DNA from: Catajapyx aquilonaris
Lineage: Eukaryota
Direction: 5' to 3'
Assembly (NCBI GenBank): GCA_000934665.2
Contig: JYFJ02002805.1
Location: 1-50,536, forward strand
Length of the DNA: 50,536 nt
The notes below the pieces were generated by a model. That model made no database searches. It saw only the letters and a program-made list of their open reading frames with translations, and was not told where the DNA came from. Position 1 is the stretch's first letter; every line of letters starts with the position of its first letter. The position numbers and the translations under genes were made by a program. Below are positions 1-11,102 of this stretch, piece after piece.

Positions 1-21
1 TACATGGAAAAGTATTTCATA

Positions 22-50
22 ACCCGAGCAACGCCGGGTATCCTGCTAGT
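22..50 (+). mobile_element. Helitron 3' terminus (element extends off the left edge)
   Basis: GC-rich subterminal hairpin ACCCG-agcaacgc-CGGGT followed 6 nt later by CTAG|T, the typical rolling-circle transposon 3' end inserted before a T. Confidence 0.65.
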
Positions 51-477
51 AGTTACATAATTATAGATTATTACATTGCAGCATTTCATTGTCTACTAGT
101 AAATTCATTTTCTAAGCAAGAACCGGACTACTACAGAGTTCAATCACATGGTATATTGAGAGATAGTCCTCCATTTTACAGCGAGTGTGATTTTTTTTAC
201 AGCTGTATAGTATATAATATCTTCACCCTTATCAAAATGCAAAAATATTCACTGGTGCAGCATCGCAAATGTATGAATCGTCTGTACATAATGTAAATGC
301 CTTGCAACTGCAAACACACTGCCAATAATGAAACACTACCTCAGCACTGTGACCTGAGCTGTTCCATTCAGTTGATGCCACAATCAACATCGATCAGACT
401 GTGTAATATTACCGAACGAGAACAAGGAGCGTGGAGGACTTGGAAGGCGGCGACTTCTCATATACGGAAGGAAGACA

Positions 478-1684
478 ATGCGAAAGTTGAAGTTCTACTA
501 CTTCTCTGCAGTACTATCAGTGTGCACCATTGTCCTAATAACCACCCGGTGGCAAGAAACACCTAGCAAGGCAGTATCACCAGAGGTATCGCCAATAGTT
601 TTACCAGGTAACCAAATCAATCAATCAATCATCATGATGATGTTCCCAGACGATTTACTCCTCGTTGTCATCGCCATTGCTATTCCTCTCTAGTGCTAGT
701 CCTTGTTTCACATTCACTTCAGCCAATGGAACTTCACTGCAACCTATTACCGAATCACCCACAAATTGCAACCTGAAAGCAGACCCGTCCAAGACGATAA
801 CAGTGGTAGGAATGGGTGGCCTCGGAAATCTCATGTGCCAGTATGCAACACTCTTTGCCATGACCAAAAATGTCTCACTCCCTGGAGCAGCTGTACCATC
901 AAAAATGAGGGAAAAACTACTCCTCGCATTTTCCAATTTGTCCCTGCCCGAGACCAGAGTGTGTGAGGACCGCTTGTCCGTCCTTACTCTCGATAGCTTC
1001 TACCAAAATCTGAGCAACTCTCTCATTCAGGTGAAAGAAACTGGTGTCGTGATGTACGATTATCTGGAAGAATTGATTTTCTTTCACCGGTACCGAAATG
1101 AAATTAAACAGGAATTTCAATTCAGGTAAGACCACTTCACTAAGCTAAATAATGTGTCTTGTCTAATCCGTGCTGTAGGTCGGATAATTCAAATAATGAT
1201 TATTTACAGGCCTGACCTATCCTCCCAGGCTCAGTCAATACTTCATCAATTTGGCCACAAAGGAACCTTCGTAGGCGTGCACATACGTCGAACAGACTAC
1301 ATAGCTCACCTTGAGTGGTTCAACAATGGTACAGTACCCGACAAGAAATACTATCGACAAGCTATGAAGAAAATGAGACTCCAGGTCGCCAACCCCATCT
1401 TCCTTGTCGTAAGTGACGACAAAGAGTGGTCTACACAACACGTGGTCAGTGCATCCCCGAACGACACCTACTGGGTGGGAAATGCATCCAGTCGAGAGCA
1501 GGACATGGCCACACTTGTGGCTTGCAATCATTCTATCATTTCTCAAGGGACATTCGGATTCTGGTCTGCGTATCTGGCTGGTGGGATGACAATCCTACCC
1601 GATCACTTCTCTACAAAGCCCTACCCACTGTTTGATCAAGCCAAAACGTCAAAAATACCCGGGTGGTCATTTTTGGATGTATGA
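478..1684 (+). CDS. Alpha-1,2-fucosyltransferase-like (GT11), copy 1; exons 478-607, 723-1125, 1210-1684
   Basis: Type II N-terminal TM (FYYFSAVLSVCTIVLI) and GT11 motifs GGLGNLMCQYA, VGVHIRRTDY, VSDD, ACNHSIISQGTFGFWSAYLAGG. GT-AG introns 608-722 (phase 1) and 1126-1209 (phase 2) restore one frame. Confidence 0.88.
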
Positions 1685-2124
1685 CGTCGCTTGTAAATTT
1701 TGTCAGAAAAGTGCATAACTGTACTCCGATACACTGTAGAGCAGGCCAAATGGTATGCTCTCATCTTCCTTCGATTAATTTTACTTTATAGTATTTTAAA
1801 AAAAACATGTGAATATCTTGCATCGTCCTGCATTTGATCCGGATGTGTGAAGGACAATAATAATATCAAGAGAGGCCACATAAAATCCATGTCAGATATT
1901 GACAGATATACCTTTGTCGCTCCATGGCATTCAACCAATGATAGGCACCAGTCAATCCCAAACGGAATTAATTAAGATGCTATTCATGAGTAGCAAAATA
2001 TGAATCCGCCTACATTGAGGCGAAATAGTAGGTTCTAGACTCTAGAGGTAGTGCAATGCTGAATGCTACGTTACCCGATTCAGAGTGGTGTTTGAGTAAG
2101 TCAACAGTAAAACTCAAAACGCGG

Positions 2125-2400
2125 AGAGGATGTTTATTCCATATACGTCGAACAGACTACGAACTCTACATCCATCAAAAATGCAAAGACCGACCAGTAA
2201 CGAGCTTTGAAGAAAATGCGACAATCAGTCGTCAACCCCATCTTGTTGCATGTTACGATACAAAGAATGGTCCTTTTTTGATCCGTGCGTCAACAAATGG
2301 GAAATACGTCAGTCATGCATAAGACATGGCAACACTGGGGGAATCTCATGAAACACTGATTCTGGTCGGATTATATGCAGTGGGATGGCAATCTTACCTT
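2125..2400 (+). pseudogene. Decayed duplicate of the GT11 catalytic exon
   Basis: Collinear nucleotide matches to copy 1 exon 3 (atacgtcgaacagactac = IRRTDY; gctttgaagaaaatg..caaccccatctt; gacatggcaacact; gattctggtc..gtgggatggcaatcttacc), broken by deletions, frameshifts and stops. Confidence 0.8.
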
Positions 2401-3102
2401 AGATGGTATTTTGTGTTTATTTGTGTTCATAACCATTCTTGGAGGAAGTGAGGCCTAAAAATTTCAGGTCATTTATTTCAAGGGGGTAATTGACATGCAA
2501 ATTAAGTGGAGGAAGACCATGATGCCCCTTACATTGTAGTCCCTGATGTTAACTGCTTCTTCGTCAAAAAAGTGCCGGATAAATTAATTCTAATGTGCTC
2601 GCGTGTTCCAGGCTGTGGCCATGCAGTGTATCTTAGCATGTTGAATAAACGACAGTCCGCACAGGCCTTTGTGTGGTAAAAGACAAAGACAGATGCCAGA
2701 CTTTCCTGCCTTCTTGCTTTGGCTCCTTCCCACATCCGGTCACTTTTTTGAGGTATCCTGATCGTATTAAATATCGATACTTCAAACTCAAAATTTGACA
2801 TAAAATAGTCACTCACGTCTGATGAAAGTATTTCACAGAAAAACTTTTTTTTAACAGCCACTATTGACAGCCCACTCTGTTGAAATGGTTGGAAAATTTA
2901 CACAGATGTGGAAATATTCGACGTCACATTGCAAATGTGGTAATAAAACATTTCCATATTAATATTTTGTACTATTTGCATGACCTCCTACCTGACTGAC
3001 AATGAGTACCTGGAAGTTACACAGACTTCCCACTTCCTGCCATAACATCGCAACCAACGGTTTTGAAAAGTGGTGAAATTTTGAGTAGCTCTCGTGGGAA
3101 AA

Positions 3103-4770
3103 ATGGCACCAAGAGCCAGTCAATACCAATATTATTTTTATGCATCAGCTGCAAGTACAGCATTCTTCATCTATAATGTGGCTCAAATTTTGCAACAAGA
3201 GACATCAGAAGTGCAACCCTCAGTGGCAGCCCAAACAGATGCAACAGTGGATCAGGTGACATTACAGTCTGCAGATTATCGGACATCACTCAATCAGGTG
3301 TTCTCCACACCTATGCCATCCGAGCATACATCACCGCCCCAGTTAATTACACCACAATCAACTTCACCCAGGTCACCTACTCTGAAATCTACATCAATGC
3401 AAGTACCTGTCCATCAGTGGTATTCAGGGAATCAAAGTACAGCTACAATGCATAGGATTCCAGCTTCATCTCAGCCAAGAATATCTCATGTGACCCCTGC
3501 ACTGACTAAAGATGAGTGTAACACAAGTGAAGCTCCAGCAGGTACAGTAACAGTGCATGGATGGGGTCGCCTGGGAAACCTCATGAGTCAGTATGCAAGC
3601 CTATGGGCCTTGGCCAAAAATGTATCGCTCCCAAGAGTAGCCCTTTTTCCAAAAATGAGGAAGAGACTGCTGCAAGTTTTCTCCAAGTTGTCCATAAATG
3701 AGACAAGACTGTGTCCAAAACAGTTACCATTAGTTAATATTGAAAATTTTTTCAATAATCAGAAGGGCAGTATCACCAAAGTAGAAAATCAGGGTGTCAT
3801 GCTGCACGGATATCCCGAAGAAGTTTACCTCTTTAACCAGTACCAAAATGACGTCAGAAAGGAATTTCAATTCAGGTATGGCTAGTCAAACATGTATTGT
3901 GCTTTGAGCCTTTTATTGGCAGAACTATTCAGTGCAGGCATGTAAATTATAGCAAAGCTTGCATTCCAACCCAGCTTCATGCTTCCAATCTAGTGCTAAT
4001 GCAGTGGCAATTGATCTGTGTTGGATATCACAACTGTTGTGTAAATATTAAAATACTGCACATCTACATAACACTGCAATTTACTGGTGCTTATACTGAT
4101 CTAGTTCCATTATCAACTAATCTCTTGCTATGCGTGACGTTTTAAAGCTGTTTTCGGATATAATAATTGCTTTGAATGAATTAATCAGTGATGTAAAAGT
4201 CACCACCAATTACATCATTCTCCAAGACATTGTTGCAGTGAACGTTTTGCAATCTTTCATGTATTTTACCCCATATAACTTCACAGATCTGACTTGGCCG
4301 ACCAGGCTCAGGCTGTGCTTCGCAATATCACTCATAATGGGACATTTGTTGGTGTCCACATTCGGCGAACAGACTACGCATACCACATCAAATGGCAGAG
4401 TAAAGGCAAGTTGATTGGCATAAGTTACTTCCATCGAGCCATGGAACTCATGCGACAAAAGCTTTTTGAACCTGTCTTTGTTGTCACTAGCGATGATGAG
4501 AAATGGGCAACAAAACACGTGGTCAATGAGTCAACAGCCACATACTGGGTTGGGCATAGTGGAAACAGTAACCTTGACTTTGCTATATTGTCAGCCTGCA
4601 ACCATTCCATTATTTCACTAGGAACATTTGGATTCTGGACAGCATATCTTGCAGGTGGAATTACAATTTTGCCAGATAATTTCTCTGAAAAGCCATACCC
4701 ACTGTATGAGAAGGTCAAACAGGCAAATATATCAAGGTGGATATTTCTCGATATCAGTAAATTAAAGTAA
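3103..4770 (+). CDS. Alpha-1,2-fucosyltransferase-like (GT11), copy 2; exons 3103-3875, 4287-4770
   Basis: N-terminal TM, long S/T/P/Q-rich stem, GRLGNLMSQYA, VGVHIRRTDY, TSDD and GTFGFWTAYLAGG. The intron interrupts EFQFR at the same position and phase as in copy 1. Confidence 0.9.
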
Positions 4771-6652
4771 TCTGAGTGAAAATAAATTTTTAGATTGACT
4801 AAGTACCAATAGCGTTTTACTATTACGCAATCATGCAGCAACTTGCACATGTTTCTAGTTGATGATGTAAGTCAATATTTACTAGATGGTTTACTGTTTG
4901 TGCCTTGTTCTCAGTCCTGTAAATACTTTCTTCTTGCTTGCTACTACCTCAATCTTGATTTCTACGAGTGCATACATTTCTGAACAAACTGTTTTGTAGC
5001 TATCCACCACCACTGTCTTGGCATCCCACATGTCCGATTATGCCTGACAGGAATCAAGTAAACATGTTAATCTGTCTATTTTTTACATCATCTTATCTAG
5101 CCACTGATAATTTGGTTATGAGATAACATGTGGCTATACCAGTGAAAACAACTTCTGCAGACCTGTCACCACATTATAGCCTTGCAGCCACATGCCACAC
5201 TGCATCAATGTTGCAGCGATACATGAGGGTCTTGAGCTTGCCTTGAAGATACCATCAAGTGCCAGGACACTGCAACTAAAATGCTTATGTGCACTACTCA
5301 CATTGATGTCCACTATCGACGCGATGCACAGCACACCTCCCTGTAACGACAATCAATCCTGAGTAACACGCACCATTGTGTAACCCCCACAGCTGCTGAT
5401 TCCCCCCACTGCAATGCATGCAAAACAAAGGCTTGTTAGCCACCACCGGGCCCTAGCTCACCTGCCGTTCCCTTCCCGGGCCGCCACTGGTCCTTCTCCC
5501 GTCCGTCCTGTCCCCGTCACACCCGAGATCACACCGGAACCAGTCACTCCGCGGTGCAGGCCAGAGTCGCGCACACACAGAACCCCCCGAATCTCACCAA
5601 ACTGCCTGACTGCCCCTGCCTGCCTGCCTTGACGCAAGATGAAACTTGCTACTCCACTTTTTTGTCTTTTTTCCCCCCCCCCCCTCTCGGATTCTCCCCG
5701 TCCCTTCGCAACCCGCAAGGTGGCCAGGTGAGATAGGGAGGGGGCTGTGCATGGGGAGGGCCCGGGGGCTGGAAAAGCCCGCTCTTTTTACATGCTGACA
5801 TTCCCAAAACGCTGTGACAGAAGATGCACATGTTTCATCCTTTCAGTTAGGTTACTCTGGCAGGCAGGAGAGGCTTAATGGTGGCCTGACTGGTCAGGAT
5901 GTGTTCAAGGATGTGGGCTCGGATATTATGGCAATACCTTGCTTATAATAATTATTAGTTCACATCTTCACAAGGTTCTCTGTTGGTCCACTTCTTAGCA
6001 GCAATCAGTGTATGTACACTTGCATTTACCTATCTAACTGCAGAGACCCATGTCGGGCCTCTTCCCAAATCGTCAGTGCAAAGTGTGTTTGGTAAGAGTC
6101 CTTGACTATCCCTGACCTACAGACAGGCAGCTATTACTGGATGAAGCATCTGAATGATTAGCAGACTCTAGACTAGAGAGAGAGGGCGAGTGTTTGTTAC
6201 ATTATGAAATACTGATTCAGCACAATGTACATGATGTTACTACAGTAATAATGAAGTACTACAAATAAACCTTGTACTCTGAATGGAAACAAGAATCACA
6301 ATTTTATTTGTAACAATACAAACTGTTCGTAAATTTTTATGGCCATGAAGAATGACTAGGATGCTACAATACAAAATAAAATTGTCAATTACTGTGTCTA
6401 TACATAGCTGAGCACCTCATACATTCTTTCAACTTGGAATGATCCCTAAATAAACTGTTAGAGCAAGTACAAGCACCATTCCCATAATATCAACAATCAA
6501 GTGGGTTAGTTTCCAATATGTCAGTTTCAACAATATCCACACAGGTACCACACTCTGGCTACTCCCAAGTTCCAGACTAAGCTGCACCATTTTGCATGGT
6601 TCTCGTTCTGTACATACAAGTGGCACGTGGCATCCATCATCACTGTAATGCT

Positions 6653-9600
6653 TCAGCCATCTTTTGCAAAGACCAATGCTGTCCTGCATGGAATGTATAC
6701 CTGTGAAATAAACATTAGTAGAGTTCAATTCAGTTTCATCATGACAAGTACTGACCAGTAGCGAGTTGGACCGGTTCGCAAACTTGTAGTCATGAGTGTA
6801 GAAGTCTGTGTTGTGATCCAGTCGATCATTACCACCAAATTGTGATTCATCAGTATCCAAGACAATTTTGTATTTTCCAGGCACCTCGACACCAATGCGG
6901 TAATCAGTAAAGCTCCTCTCAGAGTGAAAGTTGAAGGCAAAAACCAGACCCCCACGCTCGAAAACTATCACCTTATCACCTTCATTCTTTGTGCTCACGT
7001 ATCCCTGCATTCAGGAAGAGAAAATAATTAATTCACCTAACCAAACTGAGCTGAAAGGCAATATGCAAACTCACTGGATCCTTGTGAAGCCAGCCATATT
7101 TCTCTTCTAGCTTGTTCATGGCTCCATCAAAGTCACTGAGATACTTGTACTTGAGCAGATCATTATCCACTAGGCTCCACTGGCGACGAGCATAATGGAA
7201 GGAGTCACTGTTACCTACGCGGGGGAAGTCAAGCCACTCAGGATGTCCAAACTCATTTCCTGCAAGGAACAAGGCAAGCACTTGCTATGTCATTCAATTG
7301 GTGGTATGCTCTGGTAGTTGTAATGTGTTAGCTTTTGCCTATAAAAATTATTCTCTCAGATCTTCAAATTTGAATAGCATTCATGTATCTGTTATAAAAA
7401 GGCTGACTCAGTTCAAGTAGATGCAAGAGTAAAACAACACACAACTATAAGCTTACTATGAGATTCTGCTTTCCTTGCATGGCCAAGCATATTCGGCAAC
7501 AATCCCTCTTCAGAAATACTTATTACTTGAGAAGAATCTATATTTATAAAATTGACAATTCATATACCCATGAAATTGAGGTATCCTTCCCCACCAAGCC
7601 CCATGGTTACAAGACGAATCATCTTGTGTAGGGCTATACCCCTGTCAATGATAAGGTTTTGCTGGGACATCCTAGACATGTGGCTATACATATCTTTGTC
7701 CATCAGCCAAAAAGCTAAGGTCTTGTCTCCAACCAAAGCCTGATCATGACTCTCGGCATATGCTATGGTCTTCTCCATCCACCTCCTGTTGGTCAATGTG
7801 TGAACAATGTTGCCTATATTCCAGTCTTCATCCTTCTTCTCCTTCAAAAGTTTTATCCATGTGTCCGGAATGGCCATGGCCAAACGGTAGTCAAACCCAA
7901 CACCACCCTCACTGACAGGGCGGCACAGGGTAGGCATTCCTGACACATCCTCTGCAATAGTAATCATTTCTGGATACAGAGTGTGTAGCATATAATTGGC
8001 ACTTATCAGGTACACAAGAGCCTCTGTGTCTGTATTTAGCCCAAAGTATTCATCATAGTTTCCAGAGAAGCCTTGTCCAATCCCACGGCTATGGTAGAGC
8101 ATGGATGTCACTCCATCAAACCGGAACCCGTCAAACTGGTATTCTTCTGCATACCATCGTAGATTTGACAGAAGGAAGCGGAGAACTTCAATCCTAGAAA
8201 GGGAGTCATGAACTTTTATTAATATCACAATTTGTCACCCAACCCAAGTGCACTTGGCAGATGTTTTTAAATAAAATAATAATTAAAATTTTGATTGAAT
8301 ACATTATTGTTATGTAATGATAACATTAGTGTCCCTTGTTATTATCCCAGAGCTTTGACATAACATCAGTACCATGCTAAACTCAGCGCTGAGTTTAGCA
8401 ACTACTGCATGTAGCATTTAGTTATCTGAAATGCATGATTACAGCATGAACTTTGGACCCCATCTTGAAAATCCAATGCCAGTGCAGCAGTCGATTTTCG
8501 CATAATACTGTGCAACTTTTGTCATTTTTGTACCGAAATAGGGAAAACTGACAACTCACTCAGCATAATTGAACAGTCTGCTATCCCACAATTGATGAGT
8601 ACCCCTGATCCCTGTGTGGAAGTAGCATGCATCAGTTCCGTCAAAATCATTGAGCCCATCAAGTGCATTCTTGGATGCATGGGAGTGGACTACATCAAGC
8701 AAGACATAGAGCCCATAGGAATGGGCAGTGTCAATCATCTTCTTCAACTCATCAGGTGTGCCATAACGACTGGAAGTGGCATAGAAGTTGGTGACCTGAT
8801 ACCCAAAGCAAGCATAGTACACATGCTCCATAATGGCCATCACTTGGATGGAATTGTAGCCCAGCTTCACAACACGGGGAAGTACATTGTCAGTGAACTC
8901 GGTATATGAGGCAACCTTCTCCTCCTCCGATGATATGCCAATGTGGCACTCATAAATGCGCAAGCTTTCTGGACGTTTAACCTTTTGGTGTTGAAACTTG
9001 TATTTCTAGAAAGGGCACAGAATAATGGAATCAATTTATTTATTATTTCATAATTGAATTACTGAATTTGTAAAAAATCGTTAATCAATACTATAAATAA
9101 GATCTAAAATATTAATGCACAACTTTTAAAATGTTGGCTACTATTATTACGCCAAACAGCAATCCATTCTAGTTCTGAACCTCCAATTAGATTAGATTAG
9201 ATTTTATCAGAGATTTTATCACATTTCTTCCAGGACTTATTCATAATGTTATCATATGGTTGACTGATAAGCTTTCACTTAAATCACTCCTGTACCATCA
9301 GGCATCAAGCTTGATCATGTCAGAGAGACAGTAATTACTACACATTGTTAACTCATTGCAAGATTGTTGAAATTACCTGATCAGGAGGAGGATTCCATGC
9401 TAGTTGGCGGTATGTGAGCCCTTCTGATTTTGGTGGTTTCACCACATATGGAGCCCATGGGGACAAACGGTAAAGTTGATTGCCATTCTTGTGGACCAAC
9501 AGCTGCAACAAATAATTATTTCTCATGCCAATTCAGTACTACAGTAAAATTTGGGCATAAATGTTAATCGTCATACTTTCACTTGTGATAAATGCTGAAT

Positions 9601-10411
9601 GGGACATGTTCCATCAGGATTGCCTGGTACCTTTATCTCCCACTTGCCATGTTCAAGTCTCGTAAAAGGGTGTGATATGGTGTTCCAGTTATCTGCAAGA
9701 AAAGTATCGGTAAATATAAATTTCACCTGAACATATGAAAGCCTCATTAGTATGTCATGTAGGTTATTAAATAGGCAAATAACATCACTACAGCACTCCA
9801 AAGTGGCTTGGGCTTATTTTGTCAGCATAGAAAAATGTAAGAATAAGTTTTCTTCAAAGCGCCCCCCCCCCCCAATTGACTGTAATTATATAAACGTAAT
9901 CAAGAGATCTATCTAGTAAACTAAGTAAAGAAATAAAACTTACTAAAGTCTCCAACAAGACTTATAGCCTCAGCCCCTGGAGCCCACTCCATCCAGACAA
10001 CACTTCCATCAGGCTGGAAATGGCATCCAAAGTGCTCATAGCCTCTGCTAAATAATTCTAACCCTCCTAAGTCATTATCAATCTTCTCCTTGTTGTCCAG
10101 GAAGACAGCATATCTGTAGAAGAAAATGATAGTTTCCACAAGTGAATGTAATGACTTTTTACCTTCTACAATATGCATCTGTAGCCAAATGAAACTGTTA
10201 ATAAAACAACAAAACTGTCACTCTAAATCTATCTACAAAACAGTGCATTAAATGGCTCAAGACACATCTCCTGAACTTGACAAGCTGACAGTCATTACCG
10301 GCGGCGTATCTCCTTTTCATATGCACAGAGGTATCCATCCCGCTCCAGAAGGACACCAATCTCTGGGACAGGAACCTTCATCGGGTCCATGGACGACCAA
10401 CGTCCACCCAT
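6653..10411 (-). CDS. GBE1: 1,4-alpha-glucan (glycogen) branching enzyme; exons 10411-10299, 10113-9944, 9692-9577, 9502-9377, 9005-8560, 8193-7568, 7259-7075, 7004-6756, 6700-6653
   Basis: GH13_8 motifs [64 protein letters not shown] and C-terminal [11 protein letters not shown]. All introns are GT-AG. Confidence 0.97.
8375..8400. repeat. Perfect 26-bp palindrome in GBE1 intron 5
   Basis: TGCTAAACTCAGC|GCTGAGTTTAGCA is its own reverse complement. Confidence 0.9.
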
Positions 10412-11102
10412 CTTGCGACTATAATTCTTAGCCGCTGCAGTGTACGTATTTCCTCCCACAATAAGAGGTGCCGGTGCAACAATTCCGCTGCTGAGGGGAC
10501 AAGGACAAACTTACATAAGAGGTACTTGTACATAATCTCCTCTAGCTGGTAATCTTTGGCTGATGGCCAGAAATAAAAATATGCCATGTTGCTCCTTGAC
10601 ATTATGTGGCCACGGGATGGGAGGGTGTACGGAAAGAGGAAAAGCGTGAGATCTACCTGGTGGAGTTAGCCGGCTCCTTACAATGCCATTATTACATAAT
10701 CCTCTCCACAGAAAGAGAAACGTGACCCACAGTGAGCAATGAAGGGCCCCATATTGGCTTGTAATCACCAAACAGCTGACTTGGCTACGTCTGAAATTCA
10801 CCAAACCGGTTCTACAAATAAAAGTGCTTCATTTTTAAAAATATATAATTTTATTTATGTGTACCATGCTGCAATACGGTTTCTCACAAATTTATTGTGC
10901 GATATGACGTCATATCGTCTTCTCAGGCTGTTACGGGCTGATTTGCAGTATTTGCCCGAAAACAGGATATAGCACATATTTTACAACAATTAAATTATAT
11001 AGTACACATGCAGATGTGTTAAAATTTTAATGCAATCAAACATTGGATCACGCATTGGATGTAGATATTCGGACGCACTCTTCCACGCTTTACAATGCAA
11101 AG
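10412..11102. promoter_or_regulatory. Putative bidirectional promoter GBE1/RCL1
   Basis: Divergent start codons separated by 691 bp, locally CpG-richer than the flanking gene bodies. The RCL1 ATG lies in a YY1/Pho-like AAGATGGCG context. Confidence 0.6.

Noticed and set aside
2772..2779. DRE element TATCGATA upstream of GT11 copy 2
   Set aside because: A single 8-mer in AT-rich DNA is expected by chance, and the TSS is unknown.
5414..5831. Short Pro/Gly/Arg-rich ORFs on both strands
   Set aside because: By-products of locally high GC content, with no domain or splice support.
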